This document shows, in pieces, positions 8,419 through 17,252 of a stretch of DNA of 64,000 nucleotides (position 1 is its first letter; every line of letters begins with the position of its first letter). A program made the position numbers and the translations under genes. The notes under the pieces were generated by a model. The model made no database searches, had not been told where the DNA came from, and was given only the letters and a program-made list of their open reading frames with translations. The stretch is taken from the NCBI GenBank assembly GCA_028819005.1, contig JAPPMP010000024.1, positions 85,606-149,605 on the forward strand. Reading direction: 5' to 3'. Source of the stretch: Acidimicrobiaceae bacterium (GTDB lineage Bacteria; Actinomycetota; Acidimicrobiia; Acidimicrobiales; Aldehydirespiratoraceae).

Positions 8419-9930
8419 GTGACCCGGCTCGGATTCCTCTTGGACAGCGACTCCTGCATCGGCTGCCACGCTTGCACCGTGGCCTGCAAGAGCGAGCACG
8501 ACGTCCCCCTCGGCGTCAACCGCACCTGGGTGAAGTACATAGAGACCGGGTCCTTCCCGAACGTCAGCCGCCATTTCTCGGTCATGCGCTGCAACCATTG
8601 CGATGACGCCCCCTGCATATCGATATGCCCCACCAATGCGCTCTTTCGGGCCCCCAACGGGGTTGTCGACTTCGACGACGACAACTGCATCGGCTGCAAG
8701 GGCTGCATGAATGCCTGCCCCTACGACGCCCTGTACATCAACCCGGCGACCAACACGGCCAACAAGTGCAACTTCTGCAACCACCGCATTGAAGACGGGC
8801 TCGAACCGTCGTGCGTGATCGTCTGTCCCACCCACGCCATCAAGGTCGCCGACCTCGACGACCCGTTGAACCAGGCAACCAAGATCATCGGACGCGAGGA
8901 CGTGGCCGTGCGAGCACCCGAACAGGGGACCAACCCCAAGGTGTATTACCGCGGCGCGGATCAGGCCTCGCTCGATCCGCTGCGCACCGCGATCGCCCGT
9001 GACGGGATGATCTGGGCGGACACGACGCCGAATCACCCCAGCGTCCCGGCCGACAGCAGCGGTGTGGTGGCGCGGACCACCTACACCACCTCGCATCAGA
9101 TGACCTGGACCGCCAAGGTTTCGGGATACCTGGTCACCAAGGCGATCGCTGCGGGAGTGATGGTCATTGCGGCATTGTTGGTGCTGTTGGGCCACAGCGG
9201 CGAGACCGCGGCGGTCGGCGTGGTGCCGCCGATGCTTGCCGGTTTCTTTCTGGCCGTGACCGGGGTTCTGCTGGTCGCCGACCTCAAACAACCAGGCCGG
9301 TTCTACTATCTGATAACCAGAGGAAGCTGGAAGTCCTGGCTGGTGAAAGGCGCCTGTGTCCTGGCTGCTTTTGCTGTGGTGACTGCCGCCTGGTGGGTGG
9401 CAGGCGTCGCCGAGGCGCCCGGTGTTCTCAAGATCCTGGCTGTCCCCGTCGTGGTGTGCGCCGCGGCGACTGCCGGCTACACCGCTTTCCTGTTCGGCCA
9501 GTGCGAGGGCCGGGATCTGTGGCAGACGCCTCTGCTGTTGCCGACCCTGCTTTCACAGGCAGTGACCGCGGGGGGTGCGTGCTACGCAATCGTGGACCTG
9601 TTCATGGAGGTGCCCGAACCCGGCGCGGTCCGCTGGGCCTTCCTCGGTGGAGTCTGCGCCACCGCGGCTCTGGTGGCGCTGGAAGCAACCTCGGCCGGAA
9701 CCCCCCACGTCGAGGCTGCACTTCACCAGATGATCTCGGGAACGTATCGAGACCGGTTCTGGTTCGGCGTGGTCATCGGCCTCTTCGTGCCCGCATGCGT
9801 GCTGGTGATCGCCTTGGCCGCAGGTTCCGGAGAGGGCTTGGTCGCAGCCGCAGGAGTCGCCGCCATAGCCGGCATGTGGGCCTATGAGGATTCGTTCGTT
9901 CGTGCCGGCCAGTCAGTGCCGCTCTCCTAG
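8419..9930 (+). CDS. Fusion of a 4x[4Fe-4S] electron-transfer subunit (DmsB/PsrB-like) with an NrfD/PsrC-like 8-TM quinone-interacting membrane anchor
   Basis: GTG start. Four Cys clusters: CIGCHACTVAC, CNHCDDAPCISICP, CIGCKGCMNACP, CNFC...CVIVCP. Then about 8 predicted TM helices ending in YEDSFVRAGQSVPLS. Confidence 0.8.
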   Translation: MTRLGFLLDSDSCIGCHACTVACKSEHDVPLGVNRTWVKYIETGSFPNVSRHFSVMRCNHCDDAPCISICPTNALFRAPNGVVDFDDDNCIGCKGCMNACPYDALYINPATNTANKCNFCNHRIEDGLEPSCVIVCPTHAIKVADLDDPLNQATKIIGREDVAVRAPEQGTNPKVYYRGADQASLDPLRTAIARDGMIWADTTPNHPSVPADSSGVVARTTYTTSHQMTWTAKVSGYLVTKAIAAGVMVIAALLVLLGHSGETAAVGVVPPMLAGFFLAVTGVLLVADLKQPGRFYYLITRGSWKSWLVKGACVLAAFAVVTAAWWVAGVAEAPGVLKILAVPVVVCAAATAGYTAFLFGQCEGRDLWQTPLLLPTLLSQAVTAGGACYAIVDLFMEVPEPGAVRWAFLGGVCATAALVALEATSAGTPHVEAALHQMISGTYRDRFWFGVVIGLFVPACVLVIALAAGSGEGLVAAAGVAAIAGMWAYEDSFVRAGQSVPLS

Positions 9931-9954
9931 AAGCCGGGCCGCCGAGAAACCGAT

Positions 9955-12813
9955 GTGACAGCGATGACCGACCTTCAGCAGTACCCGAACCACGAGGAAT
10001 GGCACGACTACAAGTCGCTCGACGCCAAGGCGTGGCCTCAGCGGGTCGAAAAGCACCACAGCCTCATTCCCACCACCTGTTTCAACTGCGAAGCGGCTTG
10101 CGGTCTGCTGGCCCATGTCAACCACGAGACCCACAGGATCGACAAGATCGAGGGGAATCCGCTCCACCCCGCGAGCCGCGGTCGCAACTGTGCCAAAGGT
10201 CCCGCCACGCTCAATCAGGTCAACGACGCCGAGCGGATCCTCCACCCGATGCGCCGGGTTGGAGCACGGGGTTCGGGCCGATGGGAACGGGTGACCTGGG
10301 ACGAGGCGCTCAGCGAAGTCGGAGCGCGTGTCGCTGCTGCTCTCGACGAGGGCCGCCACAACGGTGTGATGTACCACGTGGGGCGGCCCGGCGAGGACGG
10401 ATACGCCGACCGCGTCCTCAAGTCATGGGGGGTGGACGGGCACAACAGCCACACCAACATCTGCTCCTCCAACGCCCGGATCGGCTATCAGTCGTGGATG
10501 GGCCACGACCGCCCGTCGTCGGATTTCGCCAACGCCGAAGTGATCTTCTTGATCTCATCGCATCTGGAGGCCGGGCACTACTTCAACCCTCACGCTCAAC
10601 GCATCATTGAGGCTCAGGGCAAGGGGGCAACCGTCATTTGTGTCGACCCGAGGCTCTCCAACACGGGCTCAAAGGCCGACCACTGGCTTGCCGCCTGGCC
10701 TGGGACCGAGCCCTTCCTGCTGTTGGCCATCGCTCGGCTGTTGATCCGCAACGGCGCCTGGGAGCGTGAGTTCGTGCGCCGTTGGGTCAACTGGGAGACA
10801 TACCTCCGCGAGACCCGCCCGGATCTGCCGCTGGAGTTCGAGTCCTTGGAAGAGGCTCTGCTTGACGCCTACGCCGACTACACCCCCGAGGCAGCGGAGC
10901 AGATCTGCGGAGTCGACGGGGAGCAACTGCGCGAGATCGCCGAGATCATCGGAGCCCACCCCACCAAGTTCGCATCGCACAACTGGCGCGCCGCTGGCGC
11001 CGGCAACCTCGGCGGCTGGCAGACGGCGCGCTGCCTCTTCTTTCTCAACGTCTTGACCGGATCGGTGGCCACGGTCGGAGGGACCAGTGGCAACGGCTGG
11101 AACAAGTTCAAGCCCGCCCAGCCCAAGGGCGCGCCGCCGCTGCGTCAATGGAACGAGCTTTCCTGGCCTGCCGAATACCCGTTGGCCTACCACGAGATGT
11201 CGATTCTGCTGCCGCACTTTCTCAACGAGGGCCGGGGCACGCTCGATGTGTACTTCAGCCGGGTCTACAACCCCGTCTGGACCAACCCCGACGGGTTCAG
11301 CTGGCTGGAGGCCCTGACCGACGAGACGAAGGTGCGCTGCCACGTGGCATTGACCCCCACCTGGTCCGAGACCGCCTGGTATGCCGACTATGTGCTGCCC
11401 ATGGGGGTGGGCGCCGAACGCCACGACGTGGCCAGCTTCGAGACCCACAACGGACGCTGGATCGGTTTTCGCCAACCGGTCATGCGCCGTTACGCGGAGC
11501 TGCGCGGCGAGTCGCTGGGGCCCGACTCCCGCAGCCATGAGTTCAACCCCGGGGAAGTCTCAGAAGAGAACGAGTTCTGGATCGACCTCTCCTGGCACAT
11601 CGACCCAGACGGCAGCAGGGGGATCCGCAAGTGGTTCGAGTCCGACGAACATCCGGGGACGCCGATCTCGGTCGACGAGTACTACGGGACCATGTTCGCC
11701 GAGTCGGTGCCGGGCTTGGCAGAAGCGGCGGCTGAAGCGGGCAAAACACCACTCGAGTACATGCGGGACGTCGGTTCTTTCGCAGTGCCCGGCGACATGG
11801 TTACCCCTTACGAGCGGATCGTCGGCCCAGAGGCCACCGCGGACTGCCGCAAAGGCGACGATCAAGTCTTCCGCAAGCCCGGAACCATCGGCACATGGGA
11901 CGGTACCCCCGAACACCTCGCAGAGATCACTCTGGCGGACCTCGGCGACGGTTCACCGGCGGTGGAGGTCGACGGCGAGGCGAGAGAGGGGTTTCCGACC
12001 CCGTCGAAGAAACTCGAGCTCTTCTCGACGACGCTGGCGGATTGGGGGTGGCGCGAGCACGCCACGCCGGGGTGGATCAAGTCCCATGTCCACCACCAGG
12101 ACCTCGACTTGGAGGGCAACGAGCGCATCCTCTTGCCGACCTTCCGGATACCCACTTTGATTCACACCCGTTCGGCCAACTCCAAGTGGCTCAACGAGAT
12201 CAGCCATCGGCACCCGCTGTGGATCCACCCGAGCGACGCCGAGAAGCTCGAGATCGCCGAGAACGGTCTGGTGCGCATCTCCACCCGTACCGGCCATTTC
12301 GTGATTCAAGCCTGGCGGACCGAGGGAATCCGGCCCGGGGTGGTCGCCGCATCGCATCACATGGGACGCTGGCGCATCGAAGAGGACCAGGCCCGCTCCT
12401 GGGGATCCGGAAAAGCCGCGATCGACCGCATCGACAACAGCGACGGCGGCCAGTCGTGGAAGCTGACCCGCACCGACGGGATCCGCCGCTTCGATTCCGA
12501 TGATCCCGACAGTCAACGCATCTGGTGGAACGACACCGGCGTGCACCAGAACCTGACGTTCTCGGTGCAACCGGACCCGATCTCGGGGATGCAGTGCTGG
12601 CACCAGCGGGTCCGAGTCACGCCGGCCGAACCCGGCGACCAGTACGGCGATGTGGTCGTCGACACGGCCAAGAGCCGCGAGGCCTACCGCGAATGGCTCG
12701 CGATGACCCGACCGGCCCCAGGCCCGGGCGGACTGCGACGCCCCCTCTGGTACGCACGCCCCCTGAAGCCCGCCGCCGAGATGTATTACCTCGACAACCT
12801 CGACAACGCCTGA
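9955..12813 (+). CDS. Molybdopterin (bis-MGD) oxidoreductase catalytic subunit, no Tat signal
   Basis: 952 aa. N-terminal FS0 motif CFNCEAACGLLAH...C, HNSHTNICSSNARIG segment, large MopB-like body. No RRxFLK twin-arginine leader in the first 45 aa. Alternative ATG at 9964. Confidence 0.85.
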   Translation: MTAMTDLQQYPNHEEWHDYKSLDAKAWPQRVEKHHSLIPTTCFNCEAACGLLAHVNHETHRIDKIEGNPLHPASRGRNCAKGPATLNQVNDAERILHPMRRVGARGSGRWERVTWDEALSEVGARVAAALDEGRHNGVMYHVGRPGEDGYADRVLKSWGVDGHNSHTNICSSNARIGYQSWMGHDRPSSDFANAEVIFLISSHLEAGHYFNPHAQRIIEAQGKGATVICVDPRLSNTGSKADHWLAAWPGTEPFLLLAIARLLIRNGAWEREFVRRWVNWETYLRETRPDLPLEFESLEEALLDAYADYTPEAAEQICGVDGEQLREIAEIIGAHPTKFASHNWRAAGAGNLGGWQTARCLFFLNVLTGSVATVGGTSGNGWNKFKPAQPKGAPPLRQWNELSWPAEYPLAYHEMSILLPHFLNEGRGTLDVYFSRVYNPVWTNPDGFSWLEALTDETKVRCHVALTPTWSETAWYADYVLPMGVGAERHDVASFETHNGRWIGFRQPVMRRYAELRGESLGPDSRSHEFNPGEVSEENEFWIDLSWHIDPDGSRGIRKWFESDEHPGTPISVDEYYGTMFAESVPGLAEAAAEAGKTPLEYMRDVGSFAVPGDMVTPYERIVGPEATADCRKGDDQVFRKPGTIGTWDGTPEHLAEITLADLGDGSPAVEVDGEAREGFPTPSKKLELFSTTLADWGWREHATPGWIKSHVHHQDLDLEGNERILLPTFRIPTLIHTRSANSKWLNEISHRHPLWIHPSDAEKLEIAENGLVRISTRTGHFVIQAWRTEGIRPGVVAASHHMGRWRIEEDQARSWGSGKAAIDRIDNSDGGQSWKLTRTDGIRRFDSDDPDSQRIWWNDTGVHQNLTFSVQPDPISGMQCWHQRVRVTPAEPGDQYGDVVVDTAKSREAYREWLAMTRPAPGPGGLRRPLWYARPLKPAAEMYYLDNLDNA

Positions 12814-12942
12814 CAACCGAGCGCACCGGGCTTGTCGCGGCGCAAGACCTCGGCTCAAGACCTCGGTCAGAGCCCCAGTGCTCCACTCGGTCGAACGATA
12901 CGCCCACGGTCGGAAACACCTTCTGCGGTTTCGCAAAGTGGT

Positions 12943-13413
12943 TCAGCTGTCGAAGCGGTGTGCCTTGCGGTCGCAGACCGTGCGCAGGGCGAAACTTGAA
13001 CGCAGTTGCCCGACATGGGGGAGTCTCGCCAGGTAGGCCTTGTGGATGCGTTCGTAGTCGGCGACGTCTGTCGCCGCGACATGAAGCAGGTAGTCGCTGT
13101 TGCCCGCCATCAGATGGCAGCTGAGGACCTCATCGACGCCGGCAACCGCTTCCTCGAAGGCGTCGAGATGGTCTTCTTGTTGGCTGGTCAGAGCGATCTC
13201 AACGAAAACGGAAGTGCCACGGCCGATGAGCTTGCGATCGAGGACCGCCACATAACCGGTGACCACTCCGTTCTCCTCGAGGCGGCGCACCCTGCGCAGG
13301 CAGGCTGAAGGCGACAGGTGGACTCGCTCGGCCAGGGCAGCATTGGTGATGCGAGCATCGGTCTGCAGCACCTCCAGGATCTCCCGATCAGCGGCGTCGA
13401 GTTCATCCAGCAC
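12943..13413 (-). CDS. Lrp/AsnC family transcriptional regulator
   Basis: 156 aa. LDAADREILEVLQTDARITNAALAERVHLSPSACLRRVRRLEENGVV HTH plus a RAM domain. Divergent from ald. Confidence 0.9.
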   Translation of the reverse strand: MLDELDAADREILEVLQTDARITNAALAERVHLSPSACLRRVRRLEENGVVTGYVAVLDRKLIGRGTSVFVEIALTSQQEDHLDAFEEAVAGVDEVLSCHLMAGNSDYLLHVAATDVADYERIHKAYLARLPHVGQLRSSFALRTVCDRKAHRFDS

Positions 13414-13440
13414 AACCTGCCTCCCTTGAGGAATGATCTG

Positions 13441-13500
13441 AGCAATAATCTACTGCTAAATCTATGATGCATGATAAAATATTGTGCATAATCAGCTTCT
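13441..13500. promoter_or_regulatory. AT-rich island in the Lrp/ald divergent intergenic region, candidate Lrp operator and promoters
   Basis: agcaataatctactgctaaatctatgatgcatgataaaatattgtgcataatcagc. It contains two TGCAT(G)ATAA half-sites 17 nt apart. The contrast with the surrounding GC-rich sequence is strong. Confidence 0.5.
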
Positions 13501-13583
13501 TGAGGCTGGATTCGCATACACGTTCTCTCCGGCCAAGCGTATTCTGTACATAGACGTTCAGAGGTGGCAGCAGAGGTGGCAGA

Positions 13584-14723
13584 ATGCGTGTCGGAGTTCC
13601 AACGGAGATCAAGATTGCCGAGCGCCGGGTGGGGCTCACCCCCACGAGCGTCCGGGAACTCACGATGCGTGGCCACCGGGTCTCGGTTCAAGCAGGCGCC
13701 GGAACCGGTATCGGCGCCTCCGACGCCGATTATTCCACAGCGGGCGCGCGCGTGGCTCCCGACGCGAAGACCGTGTTCGACGAATCAGAGTTGATCGTCA
13801 AAGTCAAAGAGCCCCAGGCCGCCGAACGGGCCATGTTGGGACCTGAGCATGTCCTGTTCACCTATCTCCATCTAGCCCCCGACCCGGCGCAAACCGAAGA
13901 GCTCCTCGCCAGCGGAGCAACTTGCATCGCTTATGAGACTGTGACCGACGCCCGGGGAGGGCTGCCGCTTCTGGCGCCCATGTCCCAGGTTGCGGGCCGC
14001 ATGTCGATTCAAGCCGGCGCCCATTGCCTCGAAGCCCCCAATGGAGGATCAGGTCGCCTGCTCGGCGGGGTCCCCGGGGTCGCCCCCGCACGTACGCTGG
14101 TTCTGGGAGGGGGAGTAGTCGGGGAGAACGCCATCGAAATGGCGATCGGCATGGGTTCTGAGGTAACGGTTCTCGACCGCAACCTCGATGTCCTCAACCG
14201 GCTGTCGCGCCGCTTCGGCAACGCCCTGGTGACCCTCTATTCGACCGGCGCCGCCCTCGAAGAACAGGTGCTCGCCGCCGACTTGGTCATAGGCGCCGTG
14301 TTGATCAAGGGGGCCACCGCTCCCAAACTGGTCGGACCCGAACTGGTGAGGCGCATGAAACCCGGATCAGTGCTCGTGGATGTGGCCATAGACCAAGGGG
14401 GCTGCTTCGCGACCTCGCGTCCGACCACTCACACTGAACCGACCTACGTAATCGACGAAGTCGTCCATTACTGCGTCGCCAACATGCCCGGCGCCGTTCC
14501 CCAAACCTCCACCCACGCGCTCAACAACGCGACCCTTCCGTTCACGCTGGCCTTGGCCGACAAGGGACTGGAATGCGCTCTGCTCGACGACGAACACCTG
14601 CTCAACGGCTTGAACATCCACAGAGGCCTGCTGACTGAGCAGCACGTCGCTCAAGCCCAGGGACTCGAGTACACGAACCCGCTGACCGCCCTCTCGCCGA
14701 CTTTGCCGGCGTCTACTCGGTGA
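13584..14723 (+). CDS. ald: Alanine dehydrogenase
   Basis: 379 aa. MRVGVPTEIKIAERRVGLTP..., NAD fold VLGGGVVG. SD GAGGTGG lies 5 nt upstream of the ATG. Confidence 0.93.
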   Translation: MRVGVPTEIKIAERRVGLTPTSVRELTMRGHRVSVQAGAGTGIGASDADYSTAGARVAPDAKTVFDESELIVKVKEPQAAERAMLGPEHVLFTYLHLAPDPAQTEELLASGATCIAYETVTDARGGLPLLAPMSQVAGRMSIQAGAHCLEAPNGGSGRLLGGVPGVAPARTLVLGGGVVGENAIEMAIGMGSEVTVLDRNLDVLNRLSRRFGNALVTLYSTGAALEEQVLAADLVIGAVLIKGATAPKLVGPELVRRMKPGSVLVDVAIDQGGCFATSRPTTHTEPTYVIDEVVHYCVANMPGAVPQTSTHALNNATLPFTLALADKGLECALLDDEHLLNGLNIHRGLLTEQHVAQAQGLEYTNPLTALSPTLPASTR

Positions 14724-15939
14724 TTCCGAAACGCTCCAACCCGTAGGCCTCGATGGCGTTGCCGCGGAGCACCTTGTAGCACTCCTCAGCGTTCATCTGA
14801 GTTGCGGCGAACATGCTGTGGGCAACCTTGCGAGAGTGCGGGAAGGTGCCGTCGGAATGCGGGTAGTCGGTCTCGAACAGAATCTGGTCGACTCCCACAT
14901 CGTCGCGCTGTTTGAGGCCCACCAGATCATCGAAAATACAGCCGAACACCCGGCCCTTCACGATCTCGCTCGGCAGCGGTCCGTCGCCGCCCACACCGCC
15001 ACGACCTTCCCGAAACACTGAGTCCATCCGCTCCATCTGAAACGGCATCCAGCCGACCTGGCTCTCGGCGTAGGCGATCTTGATCTTCTTGAAGCGTTCG
15101 AGAGTTCCCGAGAATACCCAGTCGACCATTGAACCTTCGGCGTTCTGGGCATACAGCGACATCGACGTTGCCAATGGCGCGTCAGGCGATGTCGCAGGCA
15201 TCGACGACGACGAGCCGATATGCATCGAAACGGTGGTCTCCGTCTCCTCGCATGCCTGCCACAAGACGTCCCATTCACCGCTGTACATGGTCGCACAGCC
15301 CAGCTTGGAGGGGTTCTCCGAGAAGGCAATCGCATGGCTGCCCTTGGCCGCACAGCGCCGTACCTCGTCAGCAGCCATCTGGGTATCCCACAAAGGAACC
15401 AAGGTCAAAGGAATCAAGCGGCCTTCGCCTGCGCCGCCGCCCCAATCATCGATTATCCAGTCGTTGTAGATCTTGAGGCACTCCAGCGCGAGGACTTTGT
15501 CGTCGCGCTCGAGGAAACCCTGCCCGCAGAAGCGGGGGAAGATGTTGGGGTAGTTGATGGCCGCCTCCACGTGGTTGAGGTCCATGTCTGACAGCCGATC
15601 AGCCTGGCGGTATGTCCCCGGGCGCAAGTCTTCGTACAGCGCTGCCACGTTGCGCTGCTCCTCTCTGGAGACGCCGGCGGGGCCGTGCAGAAAACCGGTC
15701 GGCGTGACGCTGTCCTCATAGAGCCACACATCACACATCTGGCCGTCCGGGTCGTGACGCTCGAAGCCGTAATGTCCGCCTTCGAACTTGAGGCGGATCC
15801 GCTCTTGCACGACTCTCGGCCCGCGGTCGCGCACGCTTGCCGGAAGCTGCTGTTGCCAGAGATCTTTCGGCTCCATCACATGGTCGTCAACCGAGATGAT
15901 GAGCGGTAGCTCTTCTTCAGCAGGCGTGACGGTACTCAT
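14713..15939 (-). CDS. Amidohydrolase_2 family metal-dependent hydrolase/decarboxylase (paralog of 6476..7672)
   Basis: 408 aa. ISVDDHVMEP... and FETDYPHSDGTFPHS. Its 3' end overlaps the ald 3' end by 11 nt (convergent). Confidence 0.8.
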   Translation of the reverse strand: MSTVTPAEEELPLIISVDDHVMEPKDLWQQQLPASVRDRGPRVVQERIRLKFEGGHYGFERHDPDGQMCDVWLYEDSVTPTGFLHGPAGVSREEQRNVAALYEDLRPGTYRQADRLSDMDLNHVEAAINYPNIFPRFCGQGFLERDDKVLALECLKIYNDWIIDDWGGGAGEGRLIPLTLVPLWDTQMAADEVRRCAAKGSHAIAFSENPSKLGCATMYSGEWDVLWQACEETETTVSMHIGSSSSMPATSPDAPLATSMSLYAQNAEGSMVDWVFSGTLERFKKIKIAYAESQVGWMPFQMERMDSVFREGRGGVGGDGPLPSEIVKGRVFGCIFDDLVGLKQRDDVGVDQILFETDYPHSDGTFPHSRKVAHSMFAATQMNAEECYKVLRGNAIEAYGLERFGITE

Positions 15940-15955
15940 ACGCTCAGCTTAGGCC

Positions 15956-16147
15956 GGGCGCGTTGCTTTTCGCCGGGCGCAACCGGAGCCGCGACCACCT
16001 GCCAGCGGCCTGCACCGGGCGCAACCGGAGCCGCGACCACCTGCCAGCGGCCTGCACAGGGCGCAACCGGAGCCGCGACCACCTGCGAGCGGCCTACGCA
16101 GGGCGCAACCGGAGCCGCGACCACCTGCGAGCGGCCTGCGCAGGGCT
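15956..16147. repeat. 42-bp tandem repeat, 4 full copies plus partial flanks
   Basis: Units gggcgcaaccggagccgcgaccacctgc[c/g]agcggcct[gcacc] start at 15975, 16017, 16059 and 16101, with a partial unit at 16143. It lies between the AraC stop (16173) and the amidohydrolase start (15939). Confidence 0.92.
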
Positions 16148-16172
16148 CGGGTCTGAAACAGACACGCGCTGG

Positions 16173-17078
16173 TTAGCGACTGCGGCGAGCCGTGTCTGAT
16201 GGCAGTTCACCGAAGAGGCGGCGGTATTCGGTGGCGAAGCGCCCAAGATGAAACATGCCGCTGTCCATGGCCGCTTCGGTCACGCTGTGGTTGTCCTGCT
16301 CAAGCAGGCGCCGAGCTTTGTTGAGCCGGAGCAGCTTTCGGAACTCGTTAGGACTCAACGCCACGCTCGTTCTGAACGCGTTTTCGACACTTCGACGAGA
16401 AACACCCGCGCGGGAGGCGATCTCTGATATCGGTATCTGCTCCCGGAGACTGTCGGCCATTATGGACTTGGACCGTCGAAACAAGTCCAGAGCAGGGCAC
16501 GAAGAACCCCCGGCCGCCGCTGGGGCGGCCAAGAGATCCAGCATCAGCCACTGGACGGTCTCGGCTGAAACCTCCACCGTCCGCTTCTCGGCATCCCATG
16601 AGCGCAAAACACCGATCGCCGTATTCCGGAACCGTGAACTGAGGTCGGGGGCTGTGATCAAGCGCACCTGCCCTCGTTGGCGGTCAGCCAAGCGGCGCAG
16701 CGGCAAAGCCGGACTGAGGTCGAAAGAGATGCTGAAGACGGCGGGCACAACACCCGCGCCCACAACTGCTTCATATGAGCCGCCTGGACCCACCAGCAAC
16801 ACGTCTTCGGATCCGAAGACGACCCCGTTGGACATCGACTGACTGGGTGATTGAAGAAGAACCACCGCGCTGATCTGCTCTTCAGGGCCGGCGCCCACCT
16901 GGTGAAGCAGTCGATTCGTTCCCTCGATGAACACCCCCACACGATCTCCGTCCACGGCTAGGAACGCGCCGGAGAAGCTGCCCGCGCCAACCTGCTCGTA
17001 GTGCTGGTCGAAACCGGTGAGCTGCTCCGCTTGCTCGTCAATGCAGGCAAATCGTTGAAGGCACGCACCGGTGTGCAT
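16173..17078 (-). CDS. AraC family transcriptional regulator
   Basis: 301 aa. C-terminal double HTH: ISEIASRAGVSRRSVENAFR...VTEAAMDSGMFHLGRFATEYRRLFGELPS. Confidence 0.85.
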   Translation of the reverse strand: MHTGACLQRFACIDEQAEQLTGFDQHYEQVGAGSFSGAFLAVDGDRVGVFIEGTNRLLHQVGAGPEEQISAVVLLQSPSQSMSNGVVFGSEDVLLVGPGGSYEAVVGAGVVPAVFSISFDLSPALPLRRLADRQRGQVRLITAPDLSSRFRNTAIGVLRSWDAEKRTVEVSAETVQWLMLDLLAAPAAAGGSSCPALDLFRRSKSIMADSLREQIPISEIASRAGVSRRSVENAFRTSVALSPNEFRKLLRLNKARRLLEQDNHSVTEAAMDSGMFHLGRFATEYRRLFGELPSDTARRSR

Positions 17079-17103
17079 AACGGGAAAATAACACTGTCGC
17101 GCG

Positions 17104-17121
17104 ATTTCACCAAGGTGATAT
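17104..17121. promoter_or_regulatory. Imperfect palindrome ATTTCACC-AA-GGTGATAT in the AraC/decarboxylase divergent region
   Basis: The core TCACC-AA-GGTGA (17107-17118) is perfect. It is 26 nt upstream of the AraC start and 135 nt upstream of the decarboxylase ATG. Confidence 0.35.
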
Positions 17122-17252
17122 TGCGCAAATCGGACATTCCTGTCCGCTCATTGGATGACGACGAGAGAAAAACGGATTGCGGAAGCCACGTCCGAAGAGT
17201 GCGCTGATCCCATGGCGCCCCAATCGCTCAATCGGCACAACGGAATTCCGCT

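Noticed and set aside
8398-9291. Long antisense or shadow ORFs (for example 8398..9291, 25020..25970, 28271..29083, 33222..34229, 55268..56200 and 773..1696)
   Set aside because: These are typical high-GC shadow frames opposite or overlapping genes that have strong family motifs. Their translations are Arg/Gly/Pro-rich and motif-free.
15936-16124. 62-aa ORF (VVAAPVAP...)n as a real protein
   Set aside because: It is composed entirely of the 42-bp repeat. It is reported as a repeat-borne mini-ORF and not annotated as a CDS.
16151-16163. Hairpin GTCTG-AAA-CAGAC after the AraC stop as an intrinsic terminator
   Set aside because: It has only a 5-bp stem and no U-tract on the transcribed (minus) strand.
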